Shown one piece after another: positions 17,317-27,680 of a stretch of DNA of 46,894 bases (position 1 is the first letter of the stretch; every line of letters begins with the position of its first letter). Position numbers and translations under genes: made by a program. This DNA is from a virus (taxonomy: Duplodnaviria; Caudoviricetes): positions 1 through 46,894 of IMG/VR virus record IMGVR_UViG_3300018079_000016; one strand, given 5' to 3'. The notes below the pieces were generated by a model. That model was not told the DNA's origin and did no database searches. It worked only from the letters and a program-made list of their open reading frames with translations.

Positions 17317-20300
17317 ATGGGAAATTGGCCCATGGAACCTCCAGCAGGTAATCCTGTAGTTTATTTGGATTATCATTTCTATTCACGTGACCCTGATGAT
17401 ACAGCTGCGCTTCGGACTCTTTTTAATCCTTCAAATCCTGATGGATATGGAACTAAGCGCCGTCCTGCCTACATGCGGGATAATTTCGATATTCTTGAAA
17501 CATCTATAGGATGGAATGTTGACGCTGCTGACAGATGGATTAATTTTCCTTATCCTCCGCGCGTTGTTGGAAGAACTATAGGAACTGGTGCATGGGAACC
17601 CCCAATTCCAGTTCAGGGAACTGTAGTTTATCCATCTAATAATACTAATGGTGACCCCTATTGGTGGCCTCCTTTATCTGTTGTATATGACTATAATCAA
17701 GATTGGTTTGTAGTTCCTGCTCATCCTTCTGTTCCTATTTGGGGAGCAGGACGAGATGTAACTTATATCTGGTCCTGCACATTTCTATCTGCTGGGGGAA
17801 ATGCTGAAGATAGTCCAGATTTACCCCCTTCACCCGTATTTCAACCAATAATGGCACGTAGAAGAATTTCAGCTCCTTCTATGTTGCGAGGAGGTGAAGC
17901 ATTAGAATTATCTGAATCACCTGAAGGAGATAGGGGAACAGCAGAGGTTTTTTGTAGAGATGCCTCTCGAACTCCTGATGGTTTTGGATGGGCATTTCGT
18001 GCAAATACTGGTCCTATAATTAATAATATTGATAAATATGGAGTTCCTGTTAATGGCTATAAATCTTGGGAACGAATATATATAAGACCCAGAAATACTC
18101 CATCTACTTCAGTTCAATTTTGGAAAGTTAATACAAGCACTGCAAATAGTGGAGTTAGACTAAATCTAAATGCATCAAGACAAATTGAAGTATATACTAT
18201 TGACCAAGTAGGGACTCCTACATTACGAGCTACTAGTGTAGTAGTATTAGCCGTAAATATTTGGAAACGATTAGATGTTTTAATGGTTCTTACTCTTGGC
18301 CCTGGAGCTTTGCCAGAACCAGTCACGGCTAGTATTAAATTATATTTAGGTGGTGCTTTAATTGTTGATACAAGTGGAGAAATACATAATAGTTTAAGTG
18401 TTGTTCCTACCCATACTCAGACTCGCTTAGGACCACAAGCGGGTAATAATATGGAATTGGATATATGTGATTGGCATAATGCTGAGCATCCTTCTGATGT
18501 AGATAATATTCCAAACTTAACTCGAAAAGATTGGATATACGGCTCTCATTGTCAATTAATTCGACCCACTGCATATGGTTCGGGGCACTCAGTTAATTGG
18601 GTTGGTGATTTTAGAATCTTAATGCAGAATCCTGTTATTAGAGCTACTGAGGAAGTAACTAGTTCCACTTCCGATGCGCGAATGGAATTAGATACTGAAT
18701 TGGATGGGGACCAATTAAATGGGACTCTAAATGTTATTCGTCAATTTGGTGCTCTTTGTTTTCTTGTGGGTATTGCTAGTGATAATACTGGTGGTGCCGC
18801 TACCGGAAGAATAGGCTATAAAATAGGTGCAGCTGCTGATGTTACTATTGTTTTTACTGAGGACAATGAATATCAGGGATATAGCACATTAGCTAATTCC
18901 GCAGCAGGAGCTATAGACCCAATTAATATAGAACCCCTTAAAATTATTAGATTAAAATCAACTGATGCAAATTTAACTGAAATGAGAGAAATGCAAGTAG
19001 TTGCACAGTTTATGGGTTCATGGGGGCCAGAAGATGAAATAGGTTCAATAGATGCCCCTGGATTGACAGATGCTCTTGGAATTCATAATGGGCCATATCT
19101 TGCATCATTTTTTGGAAGAGCAGCACCTCCTCCATTAAATACTGTTGGTGTTAAAGCCGGTGTATATACAGGTAATGGAACAGGGCAGGATATAGTAGTT
19201 GAATTACCAGGTTTTCATTGGCTTTGGATTCGTAATACTACTACTGGCAACCAAGCATGGTGGTGGACTTCATTATTAGGGTCTCATGTCGAATTAAGCA
19301 CATTTGAAATTCAACCAGCCAATATGGTCCAAGCCAAAATATTGGATGATGGAACTACAGTTTTTAGACTAGCAGGAACTAATGCAGGTTCTAATACAAT
19401 AGGAGTTATTTATCAATATGTAGCATTTTCTGATGTAATGTCTCGTTTCTTACTAAATGGGGCATTCAAACATGCAACGGCTGTAGCGAGTGCTGTTAAT
19501 ACATTATTTAATTCTACTTTTACTCCTGAAGGAGCTTATTTCTTTCTTGAGAATGATGAAAATGCATTATCGGGAGATGGGCTATTTTGGAAAGGGCCTG
19601 GGAATGCTGCTAATGGTGGAAATGAATTGGGTCAAACTGAAAATGCAAACGTAGCTACTTTTGCGGCAGGAAATATTACATCTCGTGTTGCATTACATGA
19701 TGAAGTTCAAGGTAATCTTGGATTTGCTGCATGGCGTTCTAATGATGGAAGTGGTGCTGGAGCAGTATTTATTGGGCAATATACAGGTAATGGAGCTGGA
19801 GCAAGAACTATTTCTGTGAATTTGCGCGCGCGCAGGCCCATGTGGGCTATGATTCAATCTGTTTCAGGCACAGCATTTTTTCGTGACCCCTCGCATCTTA
19901 CTAACAATAGCACTTCTCCATCAGGAGCTAATTCAACCACTGGAATTACAGGTGGTGGAATTGACCAAATTATAATTGGGGTATCTCTCAATACTAATTT
20001 AGAAGTTTATAATGTATTTATTATTCCCGCTTGTTCTAATGATGCCGGTAATGGTGGTTGGGGAGTAAATGGAGTATGTGGACTAGCGGAAATTGGTTGG
20101 GATTGCACCGACCCATTGTATCCCTGTCCTCCTCCATTCATACTACCACCCCCACCTATTCCTTCTGATGTAACTATACTAGGTGAAGGGGGATTAGTTC
20201 TTTCCGGTTCTCCTGCATTATTGATTATCAAAGATATGTCTGGTATCTATACCTTAGTGCCGGGCAAAACTGATGATACTGTATATGACCGACAGACAGG

Positions 20301-20358
20301 TCAGACTAGTGTTGATTTACCAATTCCTGACCCTACAGTTAAAACTGGTTACATCTAA
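17317..20358 (+). CDS. Large tail fibre / receptor-binding protein (ConA-like domain, YTGNG repeats, C-terminal anchor)
   Basis: 1013 aa; Gly/Thr/Asn-rich; two YTGNG motifs; Pro linker before the C-terminal segment. Confidence 0.7.
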   Translation: MGNWPMEPPAGNPVVYLDYHFYSRDPDDTAALRTLFNPSNPDGYGTKRRPAYMRDNFDILETSIGWNVDAADRWINFPYPPRVVGRTIGTGAWEPPIPVQGTVVYPSNNTNGDPYWWPPLSVVYDYNQDWFVVPAHPSVPIWGAGRDVTYIWSCTFLSAGGNAEDSPDLPPSPVFQPIMARRRISAPSMLRGGEALELSESPEGDRGTAEVFCRDASRTPDGFGWAFRANTGPIINNIDKYGVPVNGYKSWERIYIRPRNTPSTSVQFWKVNTSTANSGVRLNLNASRQIEVYTIDQVGTPTLRATSVVVLAVNIWKRLDVLMVLTLGPGALPEPVTASIKLYLGGALIVDTSGEIHNSLSVVPTHTQTRLGPQAGNNMELDICDWHNAEHPSDVDNIPNLTRKDWIYGSHCQLIRPTAYGSGHSVNWVGDFRILMQNPVIRATEEVTSSTSDARMELDTELDGDQLNGTLNVIRQFGALCFLVGIASDNTGGAATGRIGYKIGAAADVTIVFTEDNEYQGYSTLANSAAGAIDPINIEPLKIIRLKSTDANLTEMREMQVVAQFMGSWGPEDEIGSIDAPGLTDALGIHNGPYLASFFGRAAPPPLNTVGVKAGVYTGNGTGQDIVVELPGFHWLWIRNTTTGNQAWWWTSLLGSHVELSTFEIQPANMVQAKILDDGTTVFRLAGTNAGSNTIGVIYQYVAFSDVMSRFLLNGAFKHATAVASAVNTLFNSTFTPEGAYFFLENDENALSGDGLFWKGPGNAANGGNELGQTENANVATFAAGNITSRVALHDEVQGNLGFAAWRSNDGSGAGAVFIGQYTGNGAGARTISVNLRARRPMWAMIQSVSGTAFFRDPSHLTNNSTSPSGANSTTGITGGGIDQIIIGVSLNTNLEVYNVFIIPACSNDAGNGGWGVNGVCGLAEIGWDCTDPLYPCPPPFILPPPPIPSDVTILGEGGLVLSGSPALLIIKDMSGIYTLVPGKTDDTVYDRQTGQTSVDLPIPDPTVKTGYI

Positions 20359-20368
20359 GGTAGAATAA

Positions 20369-20668
20369 ATGGCTAAAATAAGTAGAGGTTCAGCAGTAGG
20401 AGCAATCAATCACTATAATGCAGTTAGAATGCGTGTCACTGGTGCGGGCTCATTGCAAATGAAATTACTTTCCCTAGATGATATTGATACACAGACATTA
20501 GTTCCATTCACAATGGCTGCTACAACTCAGAGAGAACCTACTAGATTAGCTAACTTTAAGTCACAACGAGCTAGACTAGAAATTAAGACTACTCTTATCG
20601 ATGAAACCTTTCGGATTAGTAAAATTATTATTTTCTCAAAACCTGTTGAGTCAGAATTTCCTGGTTAA
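20369..20668 (+). CDS. Tail protein resembling the C-terminal beta-sandwich of nozzle proteins
   Basis: AVRMRVTGAGSL...QRARLEIK...FRISKIIIFSKP. Confidence 0.55.
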   Translation: MAKISRGSAVGAINHYNAVRMRVTGAGSLQMKLLSLDDIDTQTLVPFTMAATTQREPTRLANFKSQRARLEIKTTLIDETFRISKIIIFSKPVESEFPG

Positions 20669-20678
20669 CTGGTAGGAA

Positions 20679-22133
20679 ATGCCATTTACACCTGAAACCC
20701 AATTTCCAGAACTTGATAGGCTTAAGGTTTCACTACTTAAGTCTGGTTTGCAACAGAAGGACCAACCACTATATCAAGTAATAAATCAACTGATTGATTT
20801 TCTTAGGAAGTCAATTGGTTTACTTCAGGAAGCTATTTCAGGTGGGACTAGTGGTGGTAGCACTGCAATAAATCAAACTATTCAGCAACTATTACTTGAT
20901 AATGATAGGGGAGATGATGAAGGTATAATTATTCCAGGTTCACAAGGAATACAAGGTTTAATAGGACCAGTAGGACCACTAATATTTCCTTCAGATGGTG
21001 AAGATGGTGATATAGGTGCCCCCGGAGTAACTGGTCAAATAGGATTACCAGGACAAATAGGACCACCTGGATTTGATGGAGAAGAAGGAGAGGAAGGATT
21101 ATTAGGTATACTTCCAAGTCCTAATTTACCAGCAGGTGCTAATACTCAAGTTCAATTTAATGATGGAGGGGTATTTGGGGGGGATGCTGGTCTTACTTAT
21201 ATTAAAGCTACTGATACATTAACTGTTTTAGGAGACCTAATTATTAATGACCAACTACTTACACGAGGAGTTGGGCCACATCTTATTGGTGATGATGGAA
21301 CATTTCCTAACGGATATGCTGGAGCTCAAATAATCACATTTGGTTCTTTTACTCCTACAGCAGGGGATGGTGCTGGTCGTGTCATATTAGTAGCAACCAA
21401 TTTGAATGCTGAGGTAAATAGTTCTCCACGTGTATTAGAGTTTGCGTCAACTGTGACTGAAGCTGCTAGCGGGACACATGCGTCGATTATAGGATTCCTT
21501 GCTGGTTTAAGCATTACGGATGGGAGTGCTGCTACTACTGACGCAATCTCCTTGCAAGTTTCAGCACCTATAAAGACTGCTGGAACTGTTACGGGGTCCG
21601 CATCGTCACTTTTAATTGTAGCAGCTCCTACAATTGGAGCAACAGCTAACTACGCTCTTTGGATAGCTGCTGGTGGTGTTCGATTTGGGGCGTTTGGTGT
21701 TGGTGTTGCAACATTCGATGCAAATGGGAATATTAGTTCGGTATCTGATGAACGACTTAAAGAGAATATTACTCCATATATTAGTGGATTAGCTGAAATT
21801 AGAGAATTACGACCAATTAGATTCAACTGGACAAAAGAATCTAAACTTGATACTGCTCGCCTTTATACAGGATTTAGTGCTCAGGAAGTTCTCAAGTGGC
21901 TTCCAGATGCAGTAGATATTAATCGTAAAAATGGTTCTTATTCGTTAAATCCACAGGTTATTCTCGCAGCATTAGTTAATGCAGTAAATGGATTATCTGA
22001 TAGAGTAGAAATATTAGATGGGAAAACTACAGAAAAATTAAAAGAGAATACTGTTGAGGATTATGAGAAAGTTATTGAACTTGACCCATCTAAATTTCTA
22101 ATTGACCCTGTTTTCCCCGGAGCTATTAAGTGA
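20679..22133 (+). CDS. Tail fibre with collagen-like repeats and C-terminal peptidase S74 intramolecular chaperone
   Basis: G-X-Y repeats (about 20935-21110); SDERLKENI...LRPIRFNW...GFSAQEV. Confidence 0.85.
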   Translation: MPFTPETQFPELDRLKVSLLKSGLQQKDQPLYQVINQLIDFLRKSIGLLQEAISGGTSGGSTAINQTIQQLLLDNDRGDDEGIIIPGSQGIQGLIGPVGPLIFPSDGEDGDIGAPGVTGQIGLPGQIGPPGFDGEEGEEGLLGILPSPNLPAGANTQVQFNDGGVFGGDAGLTYIKATDTLTVLGDLIINDQLLTRGVGPHLIGDDGTFPNGYAGAQIITFGSFTPTAGDGAGRVILVATNLNAEVNSSPRVLEFASTVTEAASGTHASIIGFLAGLSITDGSAATTDAISLQVSAPIKTAGTVTGSASSLLIVAAPTIGATANYALWIAAGGVRFGAFGVGVATFDANGNISSVSDERLKENITPYISGLAEIRELRPIRFNWTKESKLDTARLYTGFSAQEVLKWLPDAVDINRKNGSYSLNPQVILAALVNAVNGLSDRVEILDGKTTEKLKENTVEDYEKVIELDPSKFLIDPVFPGAIK

Positions 22134-22312
22134 AAATAGAATCTAATCTCTTCAAAGATATCCAAATTGCTCTTCTTAAAAAGCAAGTTTCTGATTCTCA
22201 AACTACAACGAGAATTAGAGAGGCTTTAATTAAAGCGGGGCTTGACCCGAATAAAAACTATACGATGAATGAAATTGAAGAAACAGTTGAGGAAGTAATA
22301 AGTAGGAGTTAA
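22130..22312 (+). CDS. Small hypothetical protein (fibre-associated?)
   Basis: GTGA overlap; SD GGAG. Confidence 0.6.
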   Translation: MKIESNLFKDIQIALLKKQVSDSQTTTRIREALIKAGLDPNKNYTMNEIEETVEEVISRS

Positions 22313-22313
22313 C

Positions 22314-22682
22314 ATGGCAGCAAACAAAGTTTTCAGATTTGGTCCAGTTGCAATGTCATCTACATTGACAACTAATATCTTGAATCCACCTACTGCAACT
22401 GGTGGAGTTGGAGCGGGTTCAAGTGCTAACTATATTGTTTTGAGGCATATTAGAATTGTCAATAAGACTGCCAGCGCGGTTACTTTTTCATTGTGGCTTG
22501 GTGCTACTGGTGCTAATGCTGCTGGAACTGAGGTTATTGGTATTGGACTTTCTGTTGCTGCCAATAGCTTTGTTGATTGGTTCGGACTTATGAGACTTGA
22601 CGCTGCTGATTTTTTAGTTGGTGGTGCAGGTGCTGCTACCTCATTATCAATTCAAGGAGAAGGAGAAATTGGGGTTGCTTAA
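22314..22682 (+). CDS. Virion structural protein (small beta-sandwich)
   Basis: SD AGGAG; RHIRIVNKT...LDAADFL...GEG pattern. Confidence 0.7.
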   Translation: MAANKVFRFGPVAMSSTLTTNILNPPTATGGVGAGSSANYIVLRHIRIVNKTASAVTFSLWLGATGANAAGTEVIGIGLSVAANSFVDWFGLMRLDAADFLVGGAGAATSLSIQGEGEIGVA

Positions 22683-22687
22683 ATATT

Positions 22688-23074
22688 ATGAATCTTAGAG
22701 CAGTAGAACCAGGAGATATTCCTAGACTCAAAAGGATTCACGAGGAATTCTTCAAGAATGATTTTGCTTTCCCTGATTTTGTAAATGGCTTTATATGTGC
22801 GTTTCTAGTTGAAGAAAATGGTGAAATAATAACAGCAAGTGGTGTAAGAACTCTTGCTGAATCTGTTCTGATTACTAATAAATCTGGTAATTTCTCTATT
22901 GCAGAAAGACGTGAAGCACTACTGAGAATGTTAGATGTTTCTCAGTATATTTGCCAAAGATATGGTTATGACCAATTACATGCATTCATAATCAATGATG
23001 AGAACTGGATTAGACATTTACATGATTATGGTTTTCAACCAACAAAGGGAGAAGCACTTGTTCTTTCTTTATAG
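22688..23074 (+). CDS. GNAT-fold acetyltransferase-like protein
   Basis: MNLRAVEPGD...FLVEENGEII...YGF; precedes ejection genes as in many podoviruses. Confidence 0.7.
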   Translation: MNLRAVEPGDIPRLKRIHEEFFKNDFAFPDFVNGFICAFLVEENGEIITASGVRTLAESVLITNKSGNFSIAERREALLRMLDVSQYICQRYGYDQLHAFIINDENWIRHLHDYGFQPTKGEALVLSL

Positions 23075-23081
23075 GTGATGT

Positions 23082-24329
23082 ATGGCAAAAGGCGACGAAA
23101 AAAAGGCTAATGAACAGCGTCAACAGCTTTATGGTGATTTACAGCGGCAAAAAGAAACTCATGCTGCTGGTCCTACACCATTAGAAGCTGAATACACGCC
23201 TATTAGCCAAGAATTCATGAATAACTATCGTAATGTTGCTGGTCAGCAGATGCAGGATTATAGCAATATTATGGGAGGTTATCGTGATTGGAGGGAGCAA
23301 TCTCTTGCTCCTACAATAAATGCCATCAATGCACGAGTTCCTACTCAATTCAAGGCTGACCAAGTTAGTTATGAGCGTGACCCTGAAACAATGGGTCGTG
23401 CCATAAGTGGTTATACGGACTTTGCAAATACTGGTGGATACTCTGGGCAAGATATCCAAGAATTGCGTGCGAGGGGTATATCTCCCATAAGGTCTGCCTA
23501 TTCAAATGCAATGCAGGGTATTGATAGGCAACGTTCATTACAAGGAGGATATTCTCCAAACTATACTGCTGCTGCGGCTCAAATGCAGCGTGAACTTCCA
23601 CAACAACTCTCAGATGCAACTACTAATGTAAATGCTGGTCTTGCTGATGCCATTCGACAGGGTAAACTTGCCGGTCTTGGTGGTTTGACTGGTATTGGTG
23701 GAACTGAAGGTGGTTTCAGAATGACTGCACAACAATCAAATCAGGCAGCTAATTTAAGAGCACAAGAACTTACAGAACAAGGCATGTCAGCTAAAGAAGC
23801 TAGACAACTTGCTGCTCAAGAATTAAATCTTAGAGGTATTGATGCTCAGCGTGGACTTTATGGAACCTCCCCAGGCGCAACAGCTACGTTTGGTAATCAG
23901 GTCCAGAATGCATATCAGCAAAGACTCACTATGGACCAACTGCGTAGTCAATTTGGTGCGAATCTGACTGACCAGCAAATGAGACTACTTAATCCCATTG
24001 ATACAGGTAGTAAGCCGTGGTGGCAGACTGCAATTAACGTAGCAGGAGCCGCTGCACCATATGTAGCAATGGCATCTTCAAGAGAACTGAAAGAAAATAT
24101 CAAACCCATATCTACTAAGGGTATTATGAAGAAATTTAAGGAACTTCCAATTTATGAGTGGAACTATAAAGGAGATATGGAAAGCCATATTGGACCTATG
24201 GCTGAAGATTTCAAGAGAGTATTTGGAAGGGGTGATGGTAAATCTATCTCCTTCATTGATGCAATCGGAACTTCACTTGCTATGAACAAGGCTTTGTCTG
24301 AGAGAGTCGCGGAGAGAACACATGCCTAA
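23082..24329 (+). CDS. DNA ejection/pilot-type protein with C-terminal peptidase S74 domain
   Basis: Gln/Ala/Gly-rich helical body; SSRELKENI...LPIYEWNYK...HIGPMAEDF. Confidence 0.75.
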   Translation: MAKGDEKKANEQRQQLYGDLQRQKETHAAGPTPLEAEYTPISQEFMNNYRNVAGQQMQDYSNIMGGYRDWREQSLAPTINAINARVPTQFKADQVSYERDPETMGRAISGYTDFANTGGYSGQDIQELRARGISPIRSAYSNAMQGIDRQRSLQGGYSPNYTAAAAQMQRELPQQLSDATTNVNAGLADAIRQGKLAGLGGLTGIGGTEGGFRMTAQQSNQAANLRAQELTEQGMSAKEARQLAAQELNLRGIDAQRGLYGTSPGATATFGNQVQNAYQQRLTMDQLRSQFGANLTDQQMRLLNPIDTGSKPWWQTAINVAGAAAPYVAMASSRELKENIKPISTKGIMKKFKELPIYEWNYKGDMESHIGPMAEDFKRVFGRGDGKSISFIDAIGTSLAMNKALSERVAERTHA

Positions 24330-25578
24330 TTTTCTTGAAGCACTAAGACTTAAAAACATATTCGGCCTACCTGAAGGTGGTATGGTTGGAAATGATTTAC
24401 CCTCACAAGGTGGTATTACTGGAAGAATGCCTATACCAGATGACCCATTTGGTGCTAGAAAGCCATCACCATTTGAGGGCATATTCGGTGATGGAATGGA
24501 AATGCAATCACCTAATATGGATAGGGGGCCAGTTTCCCCTGCTCCAATGGGTGATGGCATGAGTGATATTGCTTCGCGAATGACTAAGATGTATACACCT
24601 GAAACACAGGCAACTGATAGGTTTAATAGAATGATTGATGAAGCTCCAGTTAGAAATAAGCCGGGTATGCTTCGTAAGATTGCATCTATTGTAGCAGGCA
24701 CTGTTGGTGGACCTGAAATGTTTGATATGTCAATGTATGGTAATTTCAATAGGGAAATGGAAGATTGGAAGGCTAAAACTGGACCTGCACAACAGGCAGC
24801 TACTCTTGAACGTCAATCTAATGTCAATGAACGAACATTGGCATATCAGACTATTGCTGCTGAATTGAGAGAACAGGCTCAACAGGCTAAAGAAGCCAAT
24901 GATTCCAAGAGAACTCAAATAGCACAGCAACGTGCTGATGTCTATGAATATAGGGCTAAGAATCCAAACATGAAGTTTGACTTCTCTGGCCCAACTGTTA
25001 AAGTTGCTGACCCAACTACTGGTAAGATTGCTGATACTGGTATTCCAACTGGTAATCTTTCTGATGCAGATAAATTGGCACTTGGTCAGGAACAAGCATT
25101 GAAAAGAATTTCTGCTACAGGTGCAGAACGTAGAACTACACAGGAAGAAGGTCATGAACAGGAATTAACTGAAATAGAAGCTCGGGGGGAAGAGGCTCGT
25201 TCTACTAGAAGGACACCATCTGGTGCTGGAACTGGTAAGGATGAACTTCCCACACAAACTAGAGTTCGTCAATTCAATGCAGCGAGAGAACTATTGAATA
25301 CTGACCCTGAACTAAAGCAATTCATTAAACTTGGGAGTCCTGGTAGTAATGACTTTACTATTACCCCTCCCGGTGAAAGTAGAATGTGGGGGCATACTGG
25401 ACCTACTACGGAACAATACGAGAAAATCAATGCAGCAATATATGGGGGCGCAATGACACGTAATGCACCTGCTGAACCTATATATAAAACTCAGAGAAAT
25501 ACTGCAACTGGTGCAACTAGAAGAGTAATGTCCACAGATGGTGGAAAAACATGGAAACCCACTCCTGCTGGTAAGTAA
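24322..25578 (+). CDS. Internal virion / ejection protein 2
   Basis: Position; low-complexity and coiled-coil content. Confidence 0.65.
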   Translation: MPNFLEALRLKNIFGLPEGGMVGNDLPSQGGITGRMPIPDDPFGARKPSPFEGIFGDGMEMQSPNMDRGPVSPAPMGDGMSDIASRMTKMYTPETQATDRFNRMIDEAPVRNKPGMLRKIASIVAGTVGGPEMFDMSMYGNFNREMEDWKAKTGPAQQAATLERQSNVNERTLAYQTIAAELREQAQQAKEANDSKRTQIAQQRADVYEYRAKNPNMKFDFSGPTVKVADPTTGKIADTGIPTGNLSDADKLALGQEQALKRISATGAERRTTQEEGHEQELTEIEARGEEARSTRRTPSGAGTGKDELPTQTRVRQFNAARELLNTDPELKQFIKLGSPGSNDFTITPPGESRMWGHTGPTTEQYEKINAAIYGGAMTRNAPAEPIYKTQRNTATGATRRVMSTDGGKTWKPTPAGK

Positions 25579-25580
25579 TC

Positions 25581-27680
25581 ATGCCTCAACAGGGTGTATG
25601 GGAAGATGTAGGTGATTGGGAAGATGTAACTGAATCTCCGTCAACAGTTATATCTCCTGTCAATAAACCTGTAGTTACTCCAGAACAACCCTCTCTAATG
25701 AGTGGATTAGGTAAGGCATGGAATGCTGCTGTCACACCTTTAACTGATGCCCCATCAAGATTTGCACGTTCAGTTGCAGGATTAGAACAACCAACTGAAG
25801 GGGGAATATTTGATGCTGTTCGTGCTATTCCTGATATTGCTAAAAATATCTTTAGTGAACCAATGGCTACTCTAAAGGGAATGGGACAGGGGATGTTGGA
25901 GGGGGTTGGCAATCTAGCAACAGAACAGACTTCACCACTTGGTATTGCTACTACTGCATTACCTGCTCTTAGACCTGTTCGTAAAGGTTTAGGTAGTCTT
26001 GCTAGTAGAATACTTGGTAAGGTAGATGATGTTCCTACTCTACCTGTAAGTCTTGCTCCTAAACCTGTTCCTACTGTTTCTCCTGTTGTATCAGAAGCTG
26101 CTGAAATGGCTGCTCCTGGACCATCAGTTAGTCCTATGTTTAATCCTAAAGGACAAACTGGTATGACTGGAACTGCACAAGCCGGTCCTACTACTGGAAC
26201 TAAAATTACACTAAAAGAAGCTCCTTCAAAAGAACAGATTGCAGAATTAACTTCTAAAGGCTATGTGTTTGATGGCCTTAATGAACAGGGTAAGTTTAGA
26301 TTTAGGCTTGGTCCAAAAGCTGCGGAAGCTCCAATTCTGGAAACCAAACCCATATCTAAGAATGCTGAACCTATTATCAGGAGAATTAAAGATAAGACTC
26401 CTGAAGAAGCTGGCGCAATTAGAGAAGCATGGAATTTAAGTAGAGGACTAATGGCAGTAGATTTGCCATTTGTTACATCTGCTGGATTACGTCAGGGCTT
26501 ACCTCTAATTGGAACTAAGAATTGGGTTAAAGCATGGGGGCCATCTATTAGAGCTTATGGTTCAACTAATTTTTATAATGCTCATAAAGCATTACTAGAA
26601 GCTGACCCACTAATGTTTCGTAAAACAATACCTGTAATGAAGGCTGATGGCACTCAATTGATAAAGAATGGTGCTCCCGTATTAAAAGAGATGCCATCTA
26701 TTGCTGAACAAGCAGGAGTATCTTTAACTGATTTAGGTTCTTTATCTGCGAGGGAGGAATCTATACGTTCTAAACTTGCTGAGAGAATTCCTGTATGGGG
26801 TAAAGTTGTAGCTGCTTCTAATCGTTCATATGCAGCATACATCAATGACTTGCGATTGAATGCCTTTAGAAATTTCTATGAGGCCATGCCTGATAAAAAT
26901 AACATGGTCGCATTACGAGAATTAGGAGATGCTGTAAATACCTTTACTGGTCGCGGCCCCTTAAAGACTAAGATTCCATTTACTGGAACTCCCTCTACAG
27001 AACTAAACTTGGAGAAGTATGCCTCTGGACTATCTGAGGCATTATTCGCTCCTAAGCTAATGGCATCTCGTATGCAGATGCTTAATCCTATTAACTATAC
27101 TATGGCTGTTCCTCAAGTAAGAAAAGAATACTTGAAAGCTGCAATAAGAACTGCTGGTGCATGGACTACACTTGCTAGTCTTGGAAAGTTAGCAGGTGCA
27201 GAAGTAACTCTAAATCCAACCAGTGCAGATTTTGGTAAGATGAAATTTGGTGATACAAGATTAGACCCCGCTGGGGGATTTCAGCAGTTCCTTGTATTAG
27301 CTAGTAGATTAACTACTAATGAATTTACTTCATCTACTACTGGTAGTTCATATCCATTAGGTGAGGGATATGGAGCTGCAACTAGAGGTTCTGTAACTCA
27401 AGATTTCCTTGCTAATAAACTGCATCCTAGTCTTAAGTATTTCTATGATGCAGCATTTGCGAGGGAAAGTAGACCATTTGGAGTATTTGATAGGGCATTA
27501 CAACTAGCTATTCCAATGCTATCCCGAGACTTGATGGAGATAGCAAAGGAACAGCCAGAATTGATACCATTACTTGCTCCATTGACTAGTGCTGGTATGG
27601 GAACACAGCACTATACAGGGCAAGACTTTAACGCGCCAATGATACTACCGGAAGAGGTAGATATTACCCTCGGTCGGTAG
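25581..27680 (+). CDS. Internal virion / ejection protein 3
   Basis: Last + gene; WEDV repeat at N-terminus; helical C-terminal domain with SADFGKMKFGDTRLD. Confidence 0.7.
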   Translation: MPQQGVWEDVGDWEDVTESPSTVISPVNKPVVTPEQPSLMSGLGKAWNAAVTPLTDAPSRFARSVAGLEQPTEGGIFDAVRAIPDIAKNIFSEPMATLKGMGQGMLEGVGNLATEQTSPLGIATTALPALRPVRKGLGSLASRILGKVDDVPTLPVSLAPKPVPTVSPVVSEAAEMAAPGPSVSPMFNPKGQTGMTGTAQAGPTTGTKITLKEAPSKEQIAELTSKGYVFDGLNEQGKFRFRLGPKAAEAPILETKPISKNAEPIIRRIKDKTPEEAGAIREAWNLSRGLMAVDLPFVTSAGLRQGLPLIGTKNWVKAWGPSIRAYGSTNFYNAHKALLEADPLMFRKTIPVMKADGTQLIKNGAPVLKEMPSIAEQAGVSLTDLGSLSAREESIRSKLAERIPVWGKVVAASNRSYAAYINDLRLNAFRNFYEAMPDKNNMVALRELGDAVNTFTGRGPLKTKIPFTGTPSTELNLEKYASGLSEALFAPKLMASRMQMLNPINYTMAVPQVRKEYLKAAIRTAGAWTTLASLGKLAGAEVTLNPTSADFGKMKFGDTRLDPAGGFQQFLVLASRLTTNEFTSSTTGSSYPLGEGYGAATRGSVTQDFLANKLHPSLKYFYDAAFARESRPFGVFDRALQLAIPMLSRDLMEIAKEQPELIPLLAPLTSAGMGTQHYTGQDFNAPMILPEEVDITLGR

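Noticed and set aside
20340-20380. Stop-codon readthrough joining the 1013-aa and 99-aa tail ORFs
   Set aside because: A 10-nt gap puts them out of frame, another in-frame stop follows, and no slippery site is evident
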